Of a stretch of 64,000 nucleotides of DNA, positions 49,733-59,851 are shown piece by piece (position 1 is the stretch's first letter; each line of letters opens with the position of its first letter). Source of the stretch: Thermoplasmata archaeon (GTDB taxonomy: Archaea; Thermoplasmatota; Thermoplasmata; UBA10834); assembly GCA_021789945.1 (NCBI GenBank), contig JAJYIS010000002.1, forward strand, positions 5,379 to 69,378. Reading direction: 5' to 3'. Position numbers and translations under genes: made by a program. A model generated the notes under the pieces. The model saw only the letters and a list, made by a program, of their open reading frames with translations. It searched no databases and was not told where the DNA came from.

Positions 49733-50272
49733 TCATCCCTCGTAGGGAGCCTTCTTCCTCCGCCCTCTCCTTCTGTCAATGACAGTCTTCCCCCTTGGGT
49801 TCGGCACGACTGTGAGCCCACCCTCGAAGCTCCTCTCAAGCATCCCGCCGCCGAGATACCTGTCGAGGAATATAGCGAGCGCGGCGACCTCGGAGTGCGG
49901 CTGATTGCCGATTGAGATGTTCCTGTCCGCGAGGTCGTACACCTCCCGGGGGACCTTCTCAGCTCCGACGACGATCATCATGTCCCTGGTATCGAGCGTG
50001 GGCAGGGCCTCGGAAAGGCGCTCGCCGTACATGGTCAGATGGACCACCTGGCCCTTCCAGGCCTTGATCTCCTTGCGCCAGTCGACACCCGTCCTGATGG
50101 TGAATGCCCCTCCGAACCGCTCGACCACGCTGTTGACTGTCCTCTCGAGCCCTTCGTCCTTCGTCGATACGAGAATCCCGTCGGCCCCTAGGGCCCTCGC
50201 GGCGAGCGCGACATGCGTCGTAACGCGCTGGTCCCTGGCAGGCCGATGGCCGAGCCTTAGAACCATTATCAT
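49733..50272 (-). CDS. trm56: tRNA (cytidine56-2-prime-O)-methyltransferase aTrm56 (SPOUT)
   Basis: MIMVLRLGHRPARDQRVTTHVAL...GNQPHSEVAALAIFLDR closely resembles characterized archaeal aTrm56. Confidence 0.8.
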   Translation of the reverse strand: MIMVLRLGHRPARDQRVTTHVALAARALGADGILVSTKDEGLERTVNSVVERFGGAFTIRTGVDWRKEIKAWKGQVVHLTMYGERLSEALPTLDTRDMMIVVGAEKVPREVYDLADRNISIGNQPHSEVAALAIFLDRYLGGGMLERSFEGGLTVVPNPRGKTVIDRRRGRRKKAPYEG

Positions 50273-50291
50273 CGGACTGACTCCTCCGGGC

Positions 50292-50789
50292 TCACTCCTT
50301 GACCCGCTCGATTCTGTGGCCGCGATAATCGAGCTTCGTGCTCCGCTTCACGAGGCTCTTGAGCATCGTGAAGGTCACGCCGAGCACCTCGGCGACATCG
50401 CCGGCGAACTTGCCCTGGGTGCCGACCATGTCCACTATCTGCTTCTCGATCTTCTGGAACTCCTTCTCGTCCATGACCGCGGCCGCGAGCACATCGCTGA
50501 TCTCGTACACCGGCCAGGAGGCGTTTATGTGGAAGGAGGTGTAGTAGGTGTGATAGGCCTTCTCCGGCTGCTGCTCCGGGGAGGTCTGCCACCGGGTCTC
50601 GACGAGCTTCATCTTCTCGAAGAACAGGAGGGCCTCCTTGCCCGCTGGGCCGAACTGCTTCTCGATGTCGCGGACGGTGTGCCACTCAAGGGTGACTAGT
50701 TTGAGGACCTCGCGCTTGACCTTGGTGTCTACGGCCCGGAACATCGGCACGAGCTCTGCGGGCTCCGTGATAACCTTGATCCGGGTCAT
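50292..50789 (-). CDS. putative wHTH DNA-binding protein
   Basis: 165 aa; N-terminal wHTH-like region. Confidence 0.35.
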   Translation of the reverse strand: MTRIKVITEPAELVPMFRAVDTKVKREVLKLVTLEWHTVRDIEKQFGPAGKEALLFFEKMKLVETRWQTSPEQQPEKAYHTYYTSFHINASWPVYEISDVLAAAVMDEKEFQKIEKQIVDMVGTQGKFAGDVAEVLGVTFTMLKSLVKRSTKLDYRGHRIERVKE

Positions 50790-50972
50790 GGATTGACCCT
50801 ATCCGCCTGTGAGCATATAAGTCTAATTGGAATCACGGATGACGATTTCTGTCATGCTGGCTGACCCGATTTTCCATGTCCAAAACCACATCTTCCAGTG
50901 GACGGACCCGCCCGTCGGAGGGCGCGAGGTTTAAGTAACGCTTGTATCTATCGCGGGTGCGAGCGTGTCAAA

Positions 50973-51266
50973 ATGATGGTTAAGGATGTTAAGGACAAGT
51001 CGAAAATCGACGAGCTAGTCCTTACGATTGTCGAGAAGAAGGAGCCCAGGGAGTTCCAGTCGAAGTGGAGCGGGGCATCGGGGCGGGTATGCGACGCCAC
51101 TGGGCAGGACGACAATGGCGACACGATCGGCGTGAGCCTCTGGAACGAGGACATCGAGAAGGTCGAGGTCAACGCGAAGGTCAGGATAACGAACGGGTGG
51201 GCGTCCTCGTACAAGAGCAAGATGCAGGTCAGCGCCGGCAAGTTCGGGAAGCTCGAGGTCATCTGA
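50973..51266 (+). CDS. OB-fold nucleic-acid-binding protein
   Basis: about 97 aa from MMVKDVKDKS; OB-fold-like beta pattern. Confidence 0.4.
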   Translation: MMVKDVKDKSKIDELVLTIVEKKEPREFQSKWSGASGRVCDATGQDDNGDTIGVSLWNEDIEKVEVNAKVRITNGWASSYKSKMQVSAGKFGKLEVI

Positions 51267-51284
51267 GCCGGGTTCTTGTTTTCT

Positions 51285-51857
51285 TCACAGGGCCAAGGCG
51301 ACCAGAGCCATCGCTGCGGCCGGGAACACCAGCATCGTGAAGTCGTCGTCGACATAGCGCGTCTTGAGCGCCTCAGAGGGTATCGCCACGCACGCCCCCA
51401 CGACGGCGATGAGCGCGCGCCCGAGGACATCGAGCTCGTTCCACGCTGTCATGCCGACATAGGCCAGCACCACGTATGCGATGGCCGCAACCGCCACCGT
51501 GACTGGCTTCTGCCCGTACCTCGACCTCAGCTCGCCCGCGAGCGGGTCGACAACGGCCACGCCGAACAGCGCGGCCGTGGCAGGACCCTTTGGGACGAGC
51601 CAGAGCGCAATGACGATTCCCAGGGCCGCCCATGCAAACGAGGCAGTGCTCGTCTTCTCGTGAGGCCTCAGGCCGAGGAAGGTCCTGCCGGTCGTCTTTC
51701 GCCAGAAGTCGAACACGGAGAGGATCGCGAGGAAGACCACGAGGACGACCCATCGGTCCACGCCGATGTAGGGCAGGTCCTCGGGCAACAGGAAATAGGC
51801 GGGAGCCAGGGCTATCAGCAGATGCATCGACCGCCTGACCAGGACATCCTTCTGCAC
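51285..51857 (-). CDS. integral membrane protein (polyprenol kinase / CTP-transferase-like fold?)
   Basis: 190 aa, about 6 TM. Confidence 0.35.
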   Translation of the reverse strand: MQKDVLVRRSMHLLIALAPAYFLLPEDLPYIGVDRWVVLVVFLAILSVFDFWRKTTGRTFLGLRPHEKTSTASFAWAALGIVIALWLVPKGPATAALFGVAVVDPLAGELRSRYGQKPVTVAVAAIAYVVLAYVGMTAWNELDVLGRALIAVVGACVAIPSEALKTRYVDDDFTMLVFPAAAMALVALAL

Positions 51858-51909
51858 GGCTAGTGACCGCTCCTCGAACGGCGCATGGGCGACTTAATGA
51901 TTCCCGGGC

Positions 51910-53376
51910 TCAGAACTGCGTGGCCGACCACTTGCGGTCGATCCCCCGGTAGAAGAAGAGGGTGGATATCGCCAGTGAGCCGCAGACCAGGGCGATCCCG
52001 AGGAACGCCACGAGCCAGTCAGCCCGAAGGCTGAAGGACAGAATCGTGAGGCAGAGGTCCGGGAAGAAGGATAGCAGGCTGAACTTCATGAGCACCGAGG
52101 TGTCGAAGAGGAAGGTGTTCGTCTTCAGGCCCGTCAGGTACGCTGTCATGACGACCATGTAGAGCGATGTGACGAACATGACGATGAGCGCCAGCCAGAG
52201 CAGGTTCGTCTCGCCGTTCAGGACGGAGATCGCCACGACGAAGAACGCGGAGATGCCCAGTGTCAGGAGCAGGAAGACAGTCACCCTGGCCTTGATTAGC
52301 CTCGGGACGGTCACCGGCAGCGTCGAGTAGTACTCGGACAGGTCGATGTTGTTCAGCCAGCTGTACATCATCACCCCCACGAACCCGACCATCGCGGCGT
52401 AGAACACCGCGTTGAACCCGACGGGGATCGCGAGCCCGTAGTTCACGAACCACACGGTGAAGGACAGGAACAGGAGGGGCAGCACGAACGAAAAGAACAT
52501 CTTCGCGACCGTCCCGCTCCTCCTCAGGTCGACGAACTCCTTTGAGATGAGCGCGCGGCCCTCCTCGCCGAACCAGCCGGCCTTCGAGTAGTACCTGGGC
52601 AGGAGGTTGCCGTATGACTGCGTCACGATGCTTATCCTGACCTCTACAAACGCATAGGCGAGGGCGGTCATCAGAACGGTCGCGGCGATCGCGACGGCCA
52701 TGAAGACCAGCGCGCTCCCGATGTGCACCGGGAACGGCCTCACATTCATCTGGAATCCGAGCGAGGGCATGACATACTCCGGCCCGATCACACCGACGAC
52801 GCCGAAGAGGACGAAGATTACTGCGATTGCAGCCGTGAGCACGAGGAACGCCTTCACGTTCCTGATGTAGACGACCGACACCAGGAAGCTGAGGGACATC
52901 CCGAACATGAAGGTCGTGAGAATCGCGACGAAGAACACGCCGATGCTGGTTATCGCGAACCCCATGAACGGGGCCGCGGCCACCAGGCCCAACGTGGCGG
53001 GCACCAGCATCAGGACGATGTAGAACACGGCATCCCTGAGGTAGATTCCGAGGAACGTCGTCTTGAACGAGAGCGGGAGCAGGTACGGCATCGCAACGAG
53101 GTAGTTGCTCCGGCCGTAGCGCCTTTCGAGGTACTCGCGCCCCATCAGACCGAACGCCCCGACGCTCAGGCCATACATGAACACGGATATGTGAGCGAAT
53201 ATTGCGAACTGCCCAAGGGTGACCGTCTGGAGCATCTTGTCCATGGTCAGCCCGCTCCCGAGCGAGAGGACGAACACGAACACGGGGAACATCATGAATC
53301 GGCTCCTGCCGGAGTAGTTCGTGTGCGTCCTGAACTCCTCCTTGAGCATCAGCTTCAGGAGATCCTTCGCGGTCAT
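51910..53376 (-). CDS. ABC-2 type exporter permease
   Basis: 488 aa multi-TM; overlaps the downstream end of the ABC ATPase gene. Confidence 0.55.
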   Translation of the reverse strand: MTAKDLLKLMLKEEFRTHTNYSGRSRFMMFPVFVFVLSLGSGLTMDKMLQTVTLGQFAIFAHISVFMYGLSVGAFGLMGREYLERRYGRSNYLVAMPYLLPLSFKTTFLGIYLRDAVFYIVLMLVPATLGLVAAAPFMGFAITSIGVFFVAILTTFMFGMSLSFLVSVVYIRNVKAFLVLTAAIAVIFVLFGVVGVIGPEYVMPSLGFQMNVRPFPVHIGSALVFMAVAIAATVLMTALAYAFVEVRISIVTQSYGNLLPRYYSKAGWFGEEGRALISKEFVDLRRSGTVAKMFFSFVLPLLFLSFTVWFVNYGLAIPVGFNAVFYAAMVGFVGVMMYSWLNNIDLSEYYSTLPVTVPRLIKARVTVFLLLTLGISAFFVVAISVLNGETNLLWLALIVMFVTSLYMVVMTAYLTGLKTNTFLFDTSVLMKFSLLSFFPDLCLTILSFSLRADWLVAFLGIALVCGSLAISTLFFYRGIDRKWSATQF

Positions 53377-54107
53377 TCCCCCTTTCCGGGGAGCACACCG
53401 ACGGACCTCATGAAGAGCTGCTCGAGGCTCTCGCCGCCCTTCAGCAGCTCGTCCATGCTTCCCCTGGCCACCACCTTCCCGAGGTTCACGATCGCCAGCC
53501 GGTTGCAGAGCCTCTCGGAGATCTCCAGGATGTGCGAGGCCATGAACACGGTGCCGCCCTTGCCGACGTACTCCTCGAGGTAGTCCCTGAGCGTGCGCTG
53601 GTAGATCGGGTCGAGGTTGATGAACGGCTCATCGAGGAACAGAAGCTTGGGCTCGTGGATGAACGCCGACGCGAGCATTATCTTCTGGCGCATGCCCTTC
53701 GACATGTCCTTGCAGATCGTGCCCTTCTTCGATTCGAGGTCGAAGAACGACAGCCACTTCTCGATGCGGTCCTCCAGGTTGTCGAGCTTGCGGACCTTGC
53801 CGACGAAGTAGAGGTACTCGTACCCGGTGAGATAGCTCGGAGGGCTCTCGACCTCGGGGACGATGCCTATGAGCTCCTTCACCTTGAGCGGGTTCTTCAC
53901 GACATCCACCCCGAGCACCTCGGCCGAGCCCGAGGTCGGCTCGAGCTGGCCCGTGAGTATCCTGATCAGCGTGGACTTGCCCGCGCCGTTCGGACCGAAG
54001 AAGCCGAAGAAGTCTCCCTGGTCCACGGCTATGGATACCTTGTCTAGGGCCCTGAGGCCGTTGAAATCCTTCACGATGTCGCTCGCCTGCAGGACTCGCA
54101 TGGTCAC
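53373..54107 (-). CDS. ABC transporter ATP-binding protein (ABC-2 type)
   Basis: Walker A GPNGAGKST, signature MSKGMRQK, Walker B. Confidence 0.85.
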   Translation of the reverse strand: MTMRVLQASDIVKDFNGLRALDKVSIAVDQGDFFGFFGPNGAGKSTLIRILTGQLEPTSGSAEVLGVDVVKNPLKVKELIGIVPEVESPPSYLTGYEYLYFVGKVRKLDNLEDRIEKWLSFFDLESKKGTICKDMSKGMRQKIMLASAFIHEPKLLFLDEPFINLDPIYQRTLRDYLEEYVGKGGTVFMASHILEISERLCNRLAIVNLGKVVARGSMDELLKGGESLEQLFMRSVGVLPGKGE

Positions 54108-54241
54108 CTACACGATTCTCGCGTCGTTATATCAAATTTGGTCAGGCACCTCCAACCAGCCAATTTGTTGTCTCGGCCTCATTCAAATATCTCTAAATGC
54201 TATCATGTAGCACGTCATAGGCCTGAGAGACCGCGCCACGG

Positions 54242-54571
54242 ATGGTAATGAAGATGAAGGGAAAGCCAATCAGGTCCGTGCTCACGAGCAAGATCGAGAC
54301 CGAGATAGACCTGCTTCAGAGGCATGTAGCCATGCTGAAGGCGATCATGGACAACGAGCCGATAGGCATCATCAGGCTAGCGGAGATGCTGAAGTACCCG
54401 CAGCACAAGGTGCGCTATTCCCTCAGGATACTCGAGCAGGAGGGCCTGATAGAGCCGTCGCCGGACGGCGCGGTCACCACCGAGAAGATACAGGACTTCC
54501 TGGACCACCTGAAGGAGATCCTCGAGTCGATGAGCAATACGGTCAATGAGCTGCGGGAGTCGATCGAGTAG
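54242..54571 (+). CDS. winged-helix transcriptional regulator
   Basis: 109 aa wHTH. Confidence 0.4.
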   Translation: MVMKMKGKPIRSVLTSKIETEIDLLQRHVAMLKAIMDNEPIGIIRLAEMLKYPQHKVRYSLRILEQEGLIEPSPDGAVTTEKIQDFLDHLKEILESMSNTVNELRESIE

Positions 54572-54624
54572 GCCTTGGCTCCCGCGCCCAGTGTTTTGGA
54601 CTCCAGGACTCACCCGGCATTTAC

Positions 54625-54638
54625 AAAAGGCTTATCTA
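54625..54638 (+). promoter_or_regulatory. BRE/TATA-like element (aaaagg cttatcta) about 24 nt upstream of tRNA-Asn
   Basis: sequence motif. Confidence 0.3.
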
Positions 54639-54658
54639 ACCGGTCATTCTAACGCGCG

Positions 54659-54734
54659 CACACATAACGCCGTCGTAGCTCAGTCGGTAGAGCGTCCGCC
54701 TGTTAAGCGGAAGGTCAACGGTTCGAAACCGTTC
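54659..54734 (+). tRNA. tRNA-Asn (anticodon GUU), CCA encoded
   Basis: cloverleaf: acceptor gccgtcg/cgacggc, anticodon loop cuGUUaa, T-arm aacggttcgaaaccgtt. Confidence 0.85.
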
Positions 54735-54744
54735 GACGGCGCCA

Positions 54745-55743
54745 TCACATTATCAACCTGACCCGTTTTCTGACCCTGTCCCTGAAGAAGAGCAACACCG
54801 ACTTCCCACGGACCATCCTGTTCAGGTCGACGAGGAAGACGATCCCGACCAGCGAGACGACCGCCATGCCGAGCACTCCGCCGAGCTCGAGCACGAACCC
54901 CAGCATCACCAGGAAGGACATCAGCCCAGCGGCGAAGCTCGCTTTCTGAGGCTCGTTCCCTCCCTGGCCCATCTTGTGCTGGAGGAGGAGCATCGTGCCC
55001 GCGCAGGAGGTGAGCAGAAGCGCGATCGTCCCCAGCGGGTGTATCCCCCTCGTGAATATCGCGGACGCGATCACGAAATCGCCGCTGATGAACAGGAGGC
55101 CCAGGAAGAAGAACTTCCACGGCTTCCAGGTCGGCATCGGATGGCGCGCGGACACTATGCCCACGGGGGCCATCCTCGCGACGAGTATCAGGAACGCGAC
55201 GATCGCGATGGAGAGCAGGTATTGGGCGAGGTTGGGCACATAGTTGAACAGGAGCAGTGCGGCGTATATCTCGATGTCCAGGGTGAACAGTATCATCACG
55301 ACGGCGAACTGCTTCTCCGTGAGGATCCTCGACCGCTTGAACTCAGGGTACGCTAGCCCGAAGATCAGGATCGGGAGGGAGATGCTGATGGTCGAGTGGT
55401 ATATGGTGAGCCAGACCGCCCACACCCAGTTGGTGCTCCAGTATCGCCCGTAAACTCCGAGGTCGCCCAGGTCCATCCACCCGGGGTCGAAGAAGCTCTT
55501 GACGGCCAGGCCCTCCTCGATTATCGCGTACGCGGCTCCGAGGATGATCACGCTCGCCCAGCCCCTGTCCCACCTCACGGACAGCTCGCGCACGAGCAAG
55601 ACGCCGGCGCCGTACATCCCCAGGAGGCCGATGAACGAGATCGGATTGAAGAACTCCAGAGGAGGCGACGAGCCTGACATGAGCTCCGCGATGATCGGGG
55701 ACAGGAGCGCGAGGAACCAGACCGCCTTGCCCTTGTCTGTCAC
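54745..55743 (-). CDS. integral membrane protein, unknown function
   Basis: 332 aa, about 9 TM. Confidence 0.4.
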   Translation of the reverse strand: MTDKGKAVWFLALLSPIIAELMSGSSPPLEFFNPISFIGLLGMYGAGVLLVRELSVRWDRGWASVIILGAAYAIIEEGLAVKSFFDPGWMDLGDLGVYGRYWSTNWVWAVWLTIYHSTISISLPILIFGLAYPEFKRSRILTEKQFAVVMILFTLDIEIYAALLLFNYVPNLAQYLLSIAIVAFLILVARMAPVGIVSARHPMPTWKPWKFFFLGLLFISGDFVIASAIFTRGIHPLGTIALLLTSCAGTMLLLQHKMGQGGNEPQKASFAAGLMSFLVMLGFVLELGGVLGMAVVSLVGIVFLVDLNRMVRGKSVLLFFRDRVRKRVRLIM

Positions 55744-55867
55744 GTGTGAAAAGACGCCCCAGCCAGGATATTAACCCCGATGAGCTCGTTCTCGGCCCTG
55801 ATTTTAAGGCTCAAATGCCAAATATCGACCCGCCCATCCAAAAGTCAAGTTTGCGGAGGCCAGAAGA

Positions 55868-56326
55868 ATGGCTGAATTGAATGTGGGAGATGTCGCCCCT
55901 GACTTCGAGTTGGAGGACCAGGGCGGAAAGAAGGTCAAGCTGAGCCAGTACAGAGGAAGGAAGAACGTCCTGCTCGCGTTCTTCCCGTTCGCGTTCAGCC
56001 CCGTGTGCACGAACGAGCTGGGGGAGCTGAAGGAGAAGGAGGAATCGATCCTGAAGCTGGACACCCAGATACTGGCCGCGAGCGTGGACAGCACGTGGAC
56101 CCAGAAAGCGTTCGCGAAGGACCTCGGGGTGAAGTTCCCCGTCCTAAGCGACTTCGGGAGAAAGGCCGTGGCGCTCTACGGCGCGTACTACGAGGACAAG
56201 GGGTTCGCCAAGAGGACCGTGTTCGTGATCGACAAGCAGGGGAAGGTCGTCTACAAGAGGCAGTACGAGCCAGGCACGCAGCCAGACATCCAGGACGCGC
56301 TTGCCGTTCTAAAGAAGTTGAAGTAG
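55868..56326 (+). CDS. peroxiredoxin (AhpC/TSA-Bcp family)
   Basis: [10 protein letters not shown] peroxidatic Cys motif. Confidence 0.8.
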   Translation: MAELNVGDVAPDFELEDQGGKKVKLSQYRGRKNVLLAFFPFAFSPVCTNELGELKEKEESILKLDTQILAASVDSTWTQKAFAKDLGVKFPVLSDFGRKAVALYGAYYEDKGFAKRTVFVIDKQGKVVYKRQYEPGTQPDIQDALAVLKKLK

Positions 56327-56406
56327 CCCAGTTGGCGGACAACAAGGCTTAAGGCCCCCATCGTTCTAGCTAAGGGTCCGAGCAGCAGAATGCTCGGCGT
56401 GCACCG

Positions 56407-56973
56407 GTGAAGCGTATGGCATGGATCAAGACGGCGGACCCCGACGAGGCGAAGGGCAAGACCAAGAAGGTCTATGACAAGATCATGAGCGAGAGAGGGC
56501 ACTTAGCGAACATCTTCCTCGCTCAGGGGATCGACCCTGAGGTGCTCGAGCAGCACCTGGGGCTGTACCAGTCAGTCATGCTCGGCCCCGGACCCCTGTC
56601 GAGAGAGGAGCGGGAGATGATCGCGGTCATCGTCTCGGCGGCCAACCAATCGGCATACGGAGCGATACATCATTCAGAGGCCTTGGAGAGTGTCGACAAG
56701 GACCCCGCCGCACTGAGCAAGCTGCTGAAGGAGTTCATGGCCAAGCGCGAGAGCACGAGGGAGAAGGCCCTCCTGGCATATGCCGCGAAGCTCACGATCT
56801 CGCCGAAGGACATAACGAGGAACGACATCAAGGACCTGAGAGACGCTGGCCTGAGCGACGAGGAGATCCTTCGAGCGAACCTCATCGCGAGCTACTTCAA
56901 CTTCTCGAACAGGATCGCGCTCGGCCTCGGGGTCGAACTAGAAGAGGGCAAGGAGCGGACGTATAAGTACTGA
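56407..56973 (+). CDS. carboxymuconolactone decarboxylase / AhpD-like family protein
   Basis: CMD-family helical repeat. Confidence 0.65.
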   Translation: MKRMAWIKTADPDEAKGKTKKVYDKIMSERGHLANIFLAQGIDPEVLEQHLGLYQSVMLGPGPLSREEREMIAVIVSAANQSAYGAIHHSEALESVDKDPAALSKLLKEFMAKRESTREKALLAYAAKLTISPKDITRNDIKDLRDAGLSDEEILRANLIASYFNFSNRIALGLGVELEEGKERTYKY

Positions 56974-57004
56974 TTGGGAGAGCTGGCGCCGCCCCAGGAC
57001 CGGC

Positions 57005-57021
57005 ACAAAAGCCTAATTATA
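57005..57021 (+). promoter_or_regulatory. BRE/TATA-like element (acaaaagcc taattata) about 30 nt upstream of tRNA-Met
   Basis: sequence motif. Confidence 0.3.
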
Positions 57022-57047
57022 CGCCCTGTGTTTATGTGCTTCCGCAC

Positions 57048-57121
57048 GGGCCCGTAGCTTAGTCCGGCGGAGCGATTGGCTCATAACCAGTTGGTCATCG
57101 GTTCAAATCCGATCGGGCCCA
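57048..57121 (+). tRNA. tRNA-Met (anticodon CAU; could be the agmatidine-modified Ile2 species), no encoded CCA
   Basis: acceptor gggcccg/cgggccc, anticodon loop cuCAUaa, T-arm atcggttcaaatccgat; G1-C72 argues against initiator. Confidence 0.8.
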
Positions 57122-57325
57122 CTCTCGATTTTCGTCGCGCTCTGACCATGGCCTTTGCCGACTCTGGTATTGGCGGCGGGGAGGAAACACGGTTCTCGAA
57201 ATGACACCAACCCGGGCTGTCGAACCCGAATCGCTTAATAGGGTCGAGGCATCCCCACCCCAGCAGGCCGGGGAAGAAGAGGGGGCGCCACTGGGCATTC
57301 CCTTCTGCCATAGGAGGGGACATAG

Positions 57326-58546
57326 TTGATAGACGCGGGAAACACGGGTTTCATGCTTGTGGCCACGAGCCTGGTTATGCTGATGACACCAGGCCTGGCG
57401 TTCTTCTACGGAGGGCTCGTCGGCAGGAAGAATGTCTTGGCGATAATGATCCAGAGCTTCGTCTCAATGGGGATAGTCGACGTCATCTGGTTCACGGTGG
57501 GCTATTCGCTCTGCTTCAGCGGAGGGCACGGGGCAATATACGGCAACCTCGACATGGCCTTCCTCAACGGAGTCACGCCCAGCTCGGAGTTCGGAGACGT
57601 CGCCGGGGGGGCGCACATACCGCTCTATGTCTTCATCGCCTACCAGATGATGTTCGCGATCATCACGCCTGCTCTGATAAGCGGCGCGTTCACGAACCGC
57701 GTGAGGTTCAAGGCATACCTGATCTTCCTCGTCGCCTGGACGCTCTTCGTCTACTTCCCGTTCGTACACATGATCTGGGGCGGAGGCCTTCTCTCGACCT
57801 GGAAGGTGCAGGACTTCGCGGGCGGGATAGTGGTTCATGCCATCGCAGGCACGGCTGCCCTCGCATCGGTTCTCTTCATCGGAAGAAGGAAGATCTCGGA
57901 GTCCGGCCCGCACAGCCTCCCGCTGGTGGCTCTGGGGACCGGGCTGCTCTGGTTCGGATGGTACGGATTCAATGCGGGGAGCGAGCTCAAGGTGGACCAC
58001 ATAACAGCTCTGGCATTCCTTAACACAGACCTGGCGGCATCTGTCGCCTCGGTCACATGGCTCGCGATGGCCTGGATCTTCGAGAAGAAGCCGAAGTTTC
58101 TGGGCTTGCTGACAGGCGCCGTGGCCGGCCTGGCGACGATCACGCCGGCTGCGGGATTCGTCTCGCCTTCAGCGGCCATGGCCATCGGCTTCATGGCCGG
58201 GATCGTATGCTATGGTGCGATCTGGTTCAAGAACAAGATGAACTGGGACGATGCGCTGGATGTGTGGGGAGTTCACGGAGTCGGAGGAGTCCTCGGCACT
58301 CTGGCGGTCGGAGTGTTCGCGTGGAGCGCGATGAACCCGGCCAGCGAGAACGGGCTCCTGCACGGCAACCCGGGCTTCCTGGGCGTGCAGATGGCTGCAG
58401 TGGCGATCGCTGTCGCATGGGCGTTCGCCTTCACCTACGGAATGCTCTGGATCATCAACAAGATCACGCCAGTGAGAGTCTCCGAGGCGGGAGAGGAGAT
58501 GGGGCTGGACGTGGCGGAGCACGGCGAGAGCGCATACCTGGAGTAG
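57326..58546 (+). CDS. amt: ammonium transporter Amt
   Basis: 406 aa, 11 TM, Amt signature regions. Confidence 0.9.
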   Translation: MIDAGNTGFMLVATSLVMLMTPGLAFFYGGLVGRKNVLAIMIQSFVSMGIVDVIWFTVGYSLCFSGGHGAIYGNLDMAFLNGVTPSSEFGDVAGGAHIPLYVFIAYQMMFAIITPALISGAFTNRVRFKAYLIFLVAWTLFVYFPFVHMIWGGGLLSTWKVQDFAGGIVVHAIAGTAALASVLFIGRRKISESGPHSLPLVALGTGLLWFGWYGFNAGSELKVDHITALAFLNTDLAASVASVTWLAMAWIFEKKPKFLGLLTGAVAGLATITPAAGFVSPSAAMAIGFMAGIVCYGAIWFKNKMNWDDALDVWGVHGVGGVLGTLAVGVFAWSAMNPASENGLLHGNPGFLGVQMAAVAIAVAWAFAFTYGMLWIINKITPVRVSEAGEEMGLDVAEHGESAYLE

Positions 58547-58706
58547 TCAGGAACCAATGCCCTGACCTATGCTCCTCGCCAGGGCGCTTCGACCTCTTCA
58601 TACATCGGAATCTAGCTCTCGCTCACTCATCAGATAATGAAAAACCGAAATCGATCTATAAGTTTTCAGCAATCAAACGTTCTCGAGAAATACAGGCACT
58701 GCTAAT

Positions 58707-58880
58707 CTAGAACCTTCGTGGCGGCCTGTGCTTCTGATAACATTCCTTGCAGTACACGGGCCTACCCTCGGTCGGCTTGAATGGCACCTGTGCCTCCGCT
58801 CCGCAGTCAGAGCACTTCACTGTGTGCATCTCCCTCGGCCTGTCGAAGCCGCGGTCTGACCTGCGTGGTCTGTCGTCCAT
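58707..58880 (-). CDS. small zinc-ribbon protein (CxxC-x17-CxxC)
   Basis: about 57 aa from MDDRPRRS; CSDCG...CKEC. Confidence 0.4.
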   Translation of the reverse strand: MDDRPRRSDRGFDRPREMHTVKCSDCGAEAQVPFKPTEGRPVYCKECYQKHRPPRRF

Positions 58881-59005
58881 TAGGACTACCTCCTTATTAT
58901 CTCCCCTGGCGCCTTGCGGCGGCCCTGGGCAAGGCCCTTTAGGAAGGTCCAGGTATATTATACAGCGCTCCCCTACCAGCATATATATATGGGCGGAGAC
59001 CAGCC

Positions 59006-59797
59006 ATGGCCAGGGACCTGAAGTTCTTCCATTTCGGCTACCAGTGTCCGAACAACGCCTACCTCATAGCGCTGATCAAGACCATCGCTTGGCATGAGAG
59101 CGTCAAGCTGCACCTGATAGACGTCACGGGAGACGAGGAGACCTGCAGGATGTACAGCATCTTCTCCCCGACCTTGGTCATAGTCAACGACAGGCACCGG
59201 TGGCACGGCCCGTTCACGAAGGACAAGATCATCGCGATGCTCGAGGCCGATGACGACATCGAACCGGAGCCGAGGAGGGTCTCCCAGGGCAGGGATATCG
59301 TACGAGGGGACCTCATCCCGATCACATCGAAGACCGTCCTTGACACGTGCACCACATGCACCGGCACCGAGGACAGGAAACTCTGCTACGGGAAGGGGGA
59401 GTGGGTAGGCGACATGATGAGAAGCACAGGCCTTCCGCATTTAGGTTACCTGCACCTCGTCGACGGCGGTTGCGTCGGAGGAGCCGAGTACCTCCCGTCG
59501 AGATCCGTGCCGTATCCCATCCCCGGGAAGTCGAATGACGCTGCGTTCCTTACGTGCTCGTACGTATCGCATTCGGAGAAGGACTTCAAGACGCATCCGC
59601 TCGAGCGGCTCGTCAGGGACCTCGCGGACCAGGGGTTCAAGACGCTCCTTGTGGCCGCCTCAGAGGAAGTAGTCTTCCCAAACGGGCCGGCAGAGTGGTT
59701 CGAGGAGAAAGGATTCATGGACAAGGGCGTACTCATGAGAGAGGAGCTCCACGGGGCCGCGGTGCACCTCATGAGCCTCGACCTCGACGGGCGTTGA
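59006..59797 (+). CDS. two-domain protein: N-terminal thioredoxin-fold (CP motif) plus C-terminal GNAT-like domain
   Basis: 263 aa; FHFGYQCPNNAYL N-terminus; C-terminal NGPAEWFEEKGFM typical GNAT end. Confidence 0.35.
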   Translation: MARDLKFFHFGYQCPNNAYLIALIKTIAWHESVKLHLIDVTGDEETCRMYSIFSPTLVIVNDRHRWHGPFTKDKIIAMLEADDDIEPEPRRVSQGRDIVRGDLIPITSKTVLDTCTTCTGTEDRKLCYGKGEWVGDMMRSTGLPHLGYLHLVDGGCVGGAEYLPSRSVPYPIPGKSNDAAFLTCSYVSHSEKDFKTHPLERLVRDLADQGFKTLLVAASEEVVFPNGPAEWFEEKGFMDKGVLMREELHGAAVHLMSLDLDGR

Positions 59798-59851
59798 CCG
59801 CGGAAAAGGTCAAATCAGAAAAGCCCTTTCACCGCACCTGGTGATTGCACG

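Noticed and set aside
57048-57121. Initiator tRNA-Met
   Set aside because: G1-C72 acceptor end and only two G-C pairs adjacent to the anticodon loop; archaeal initiators have A1-U72 and three G-C pairs. Called elongator Met/Ile2-type.
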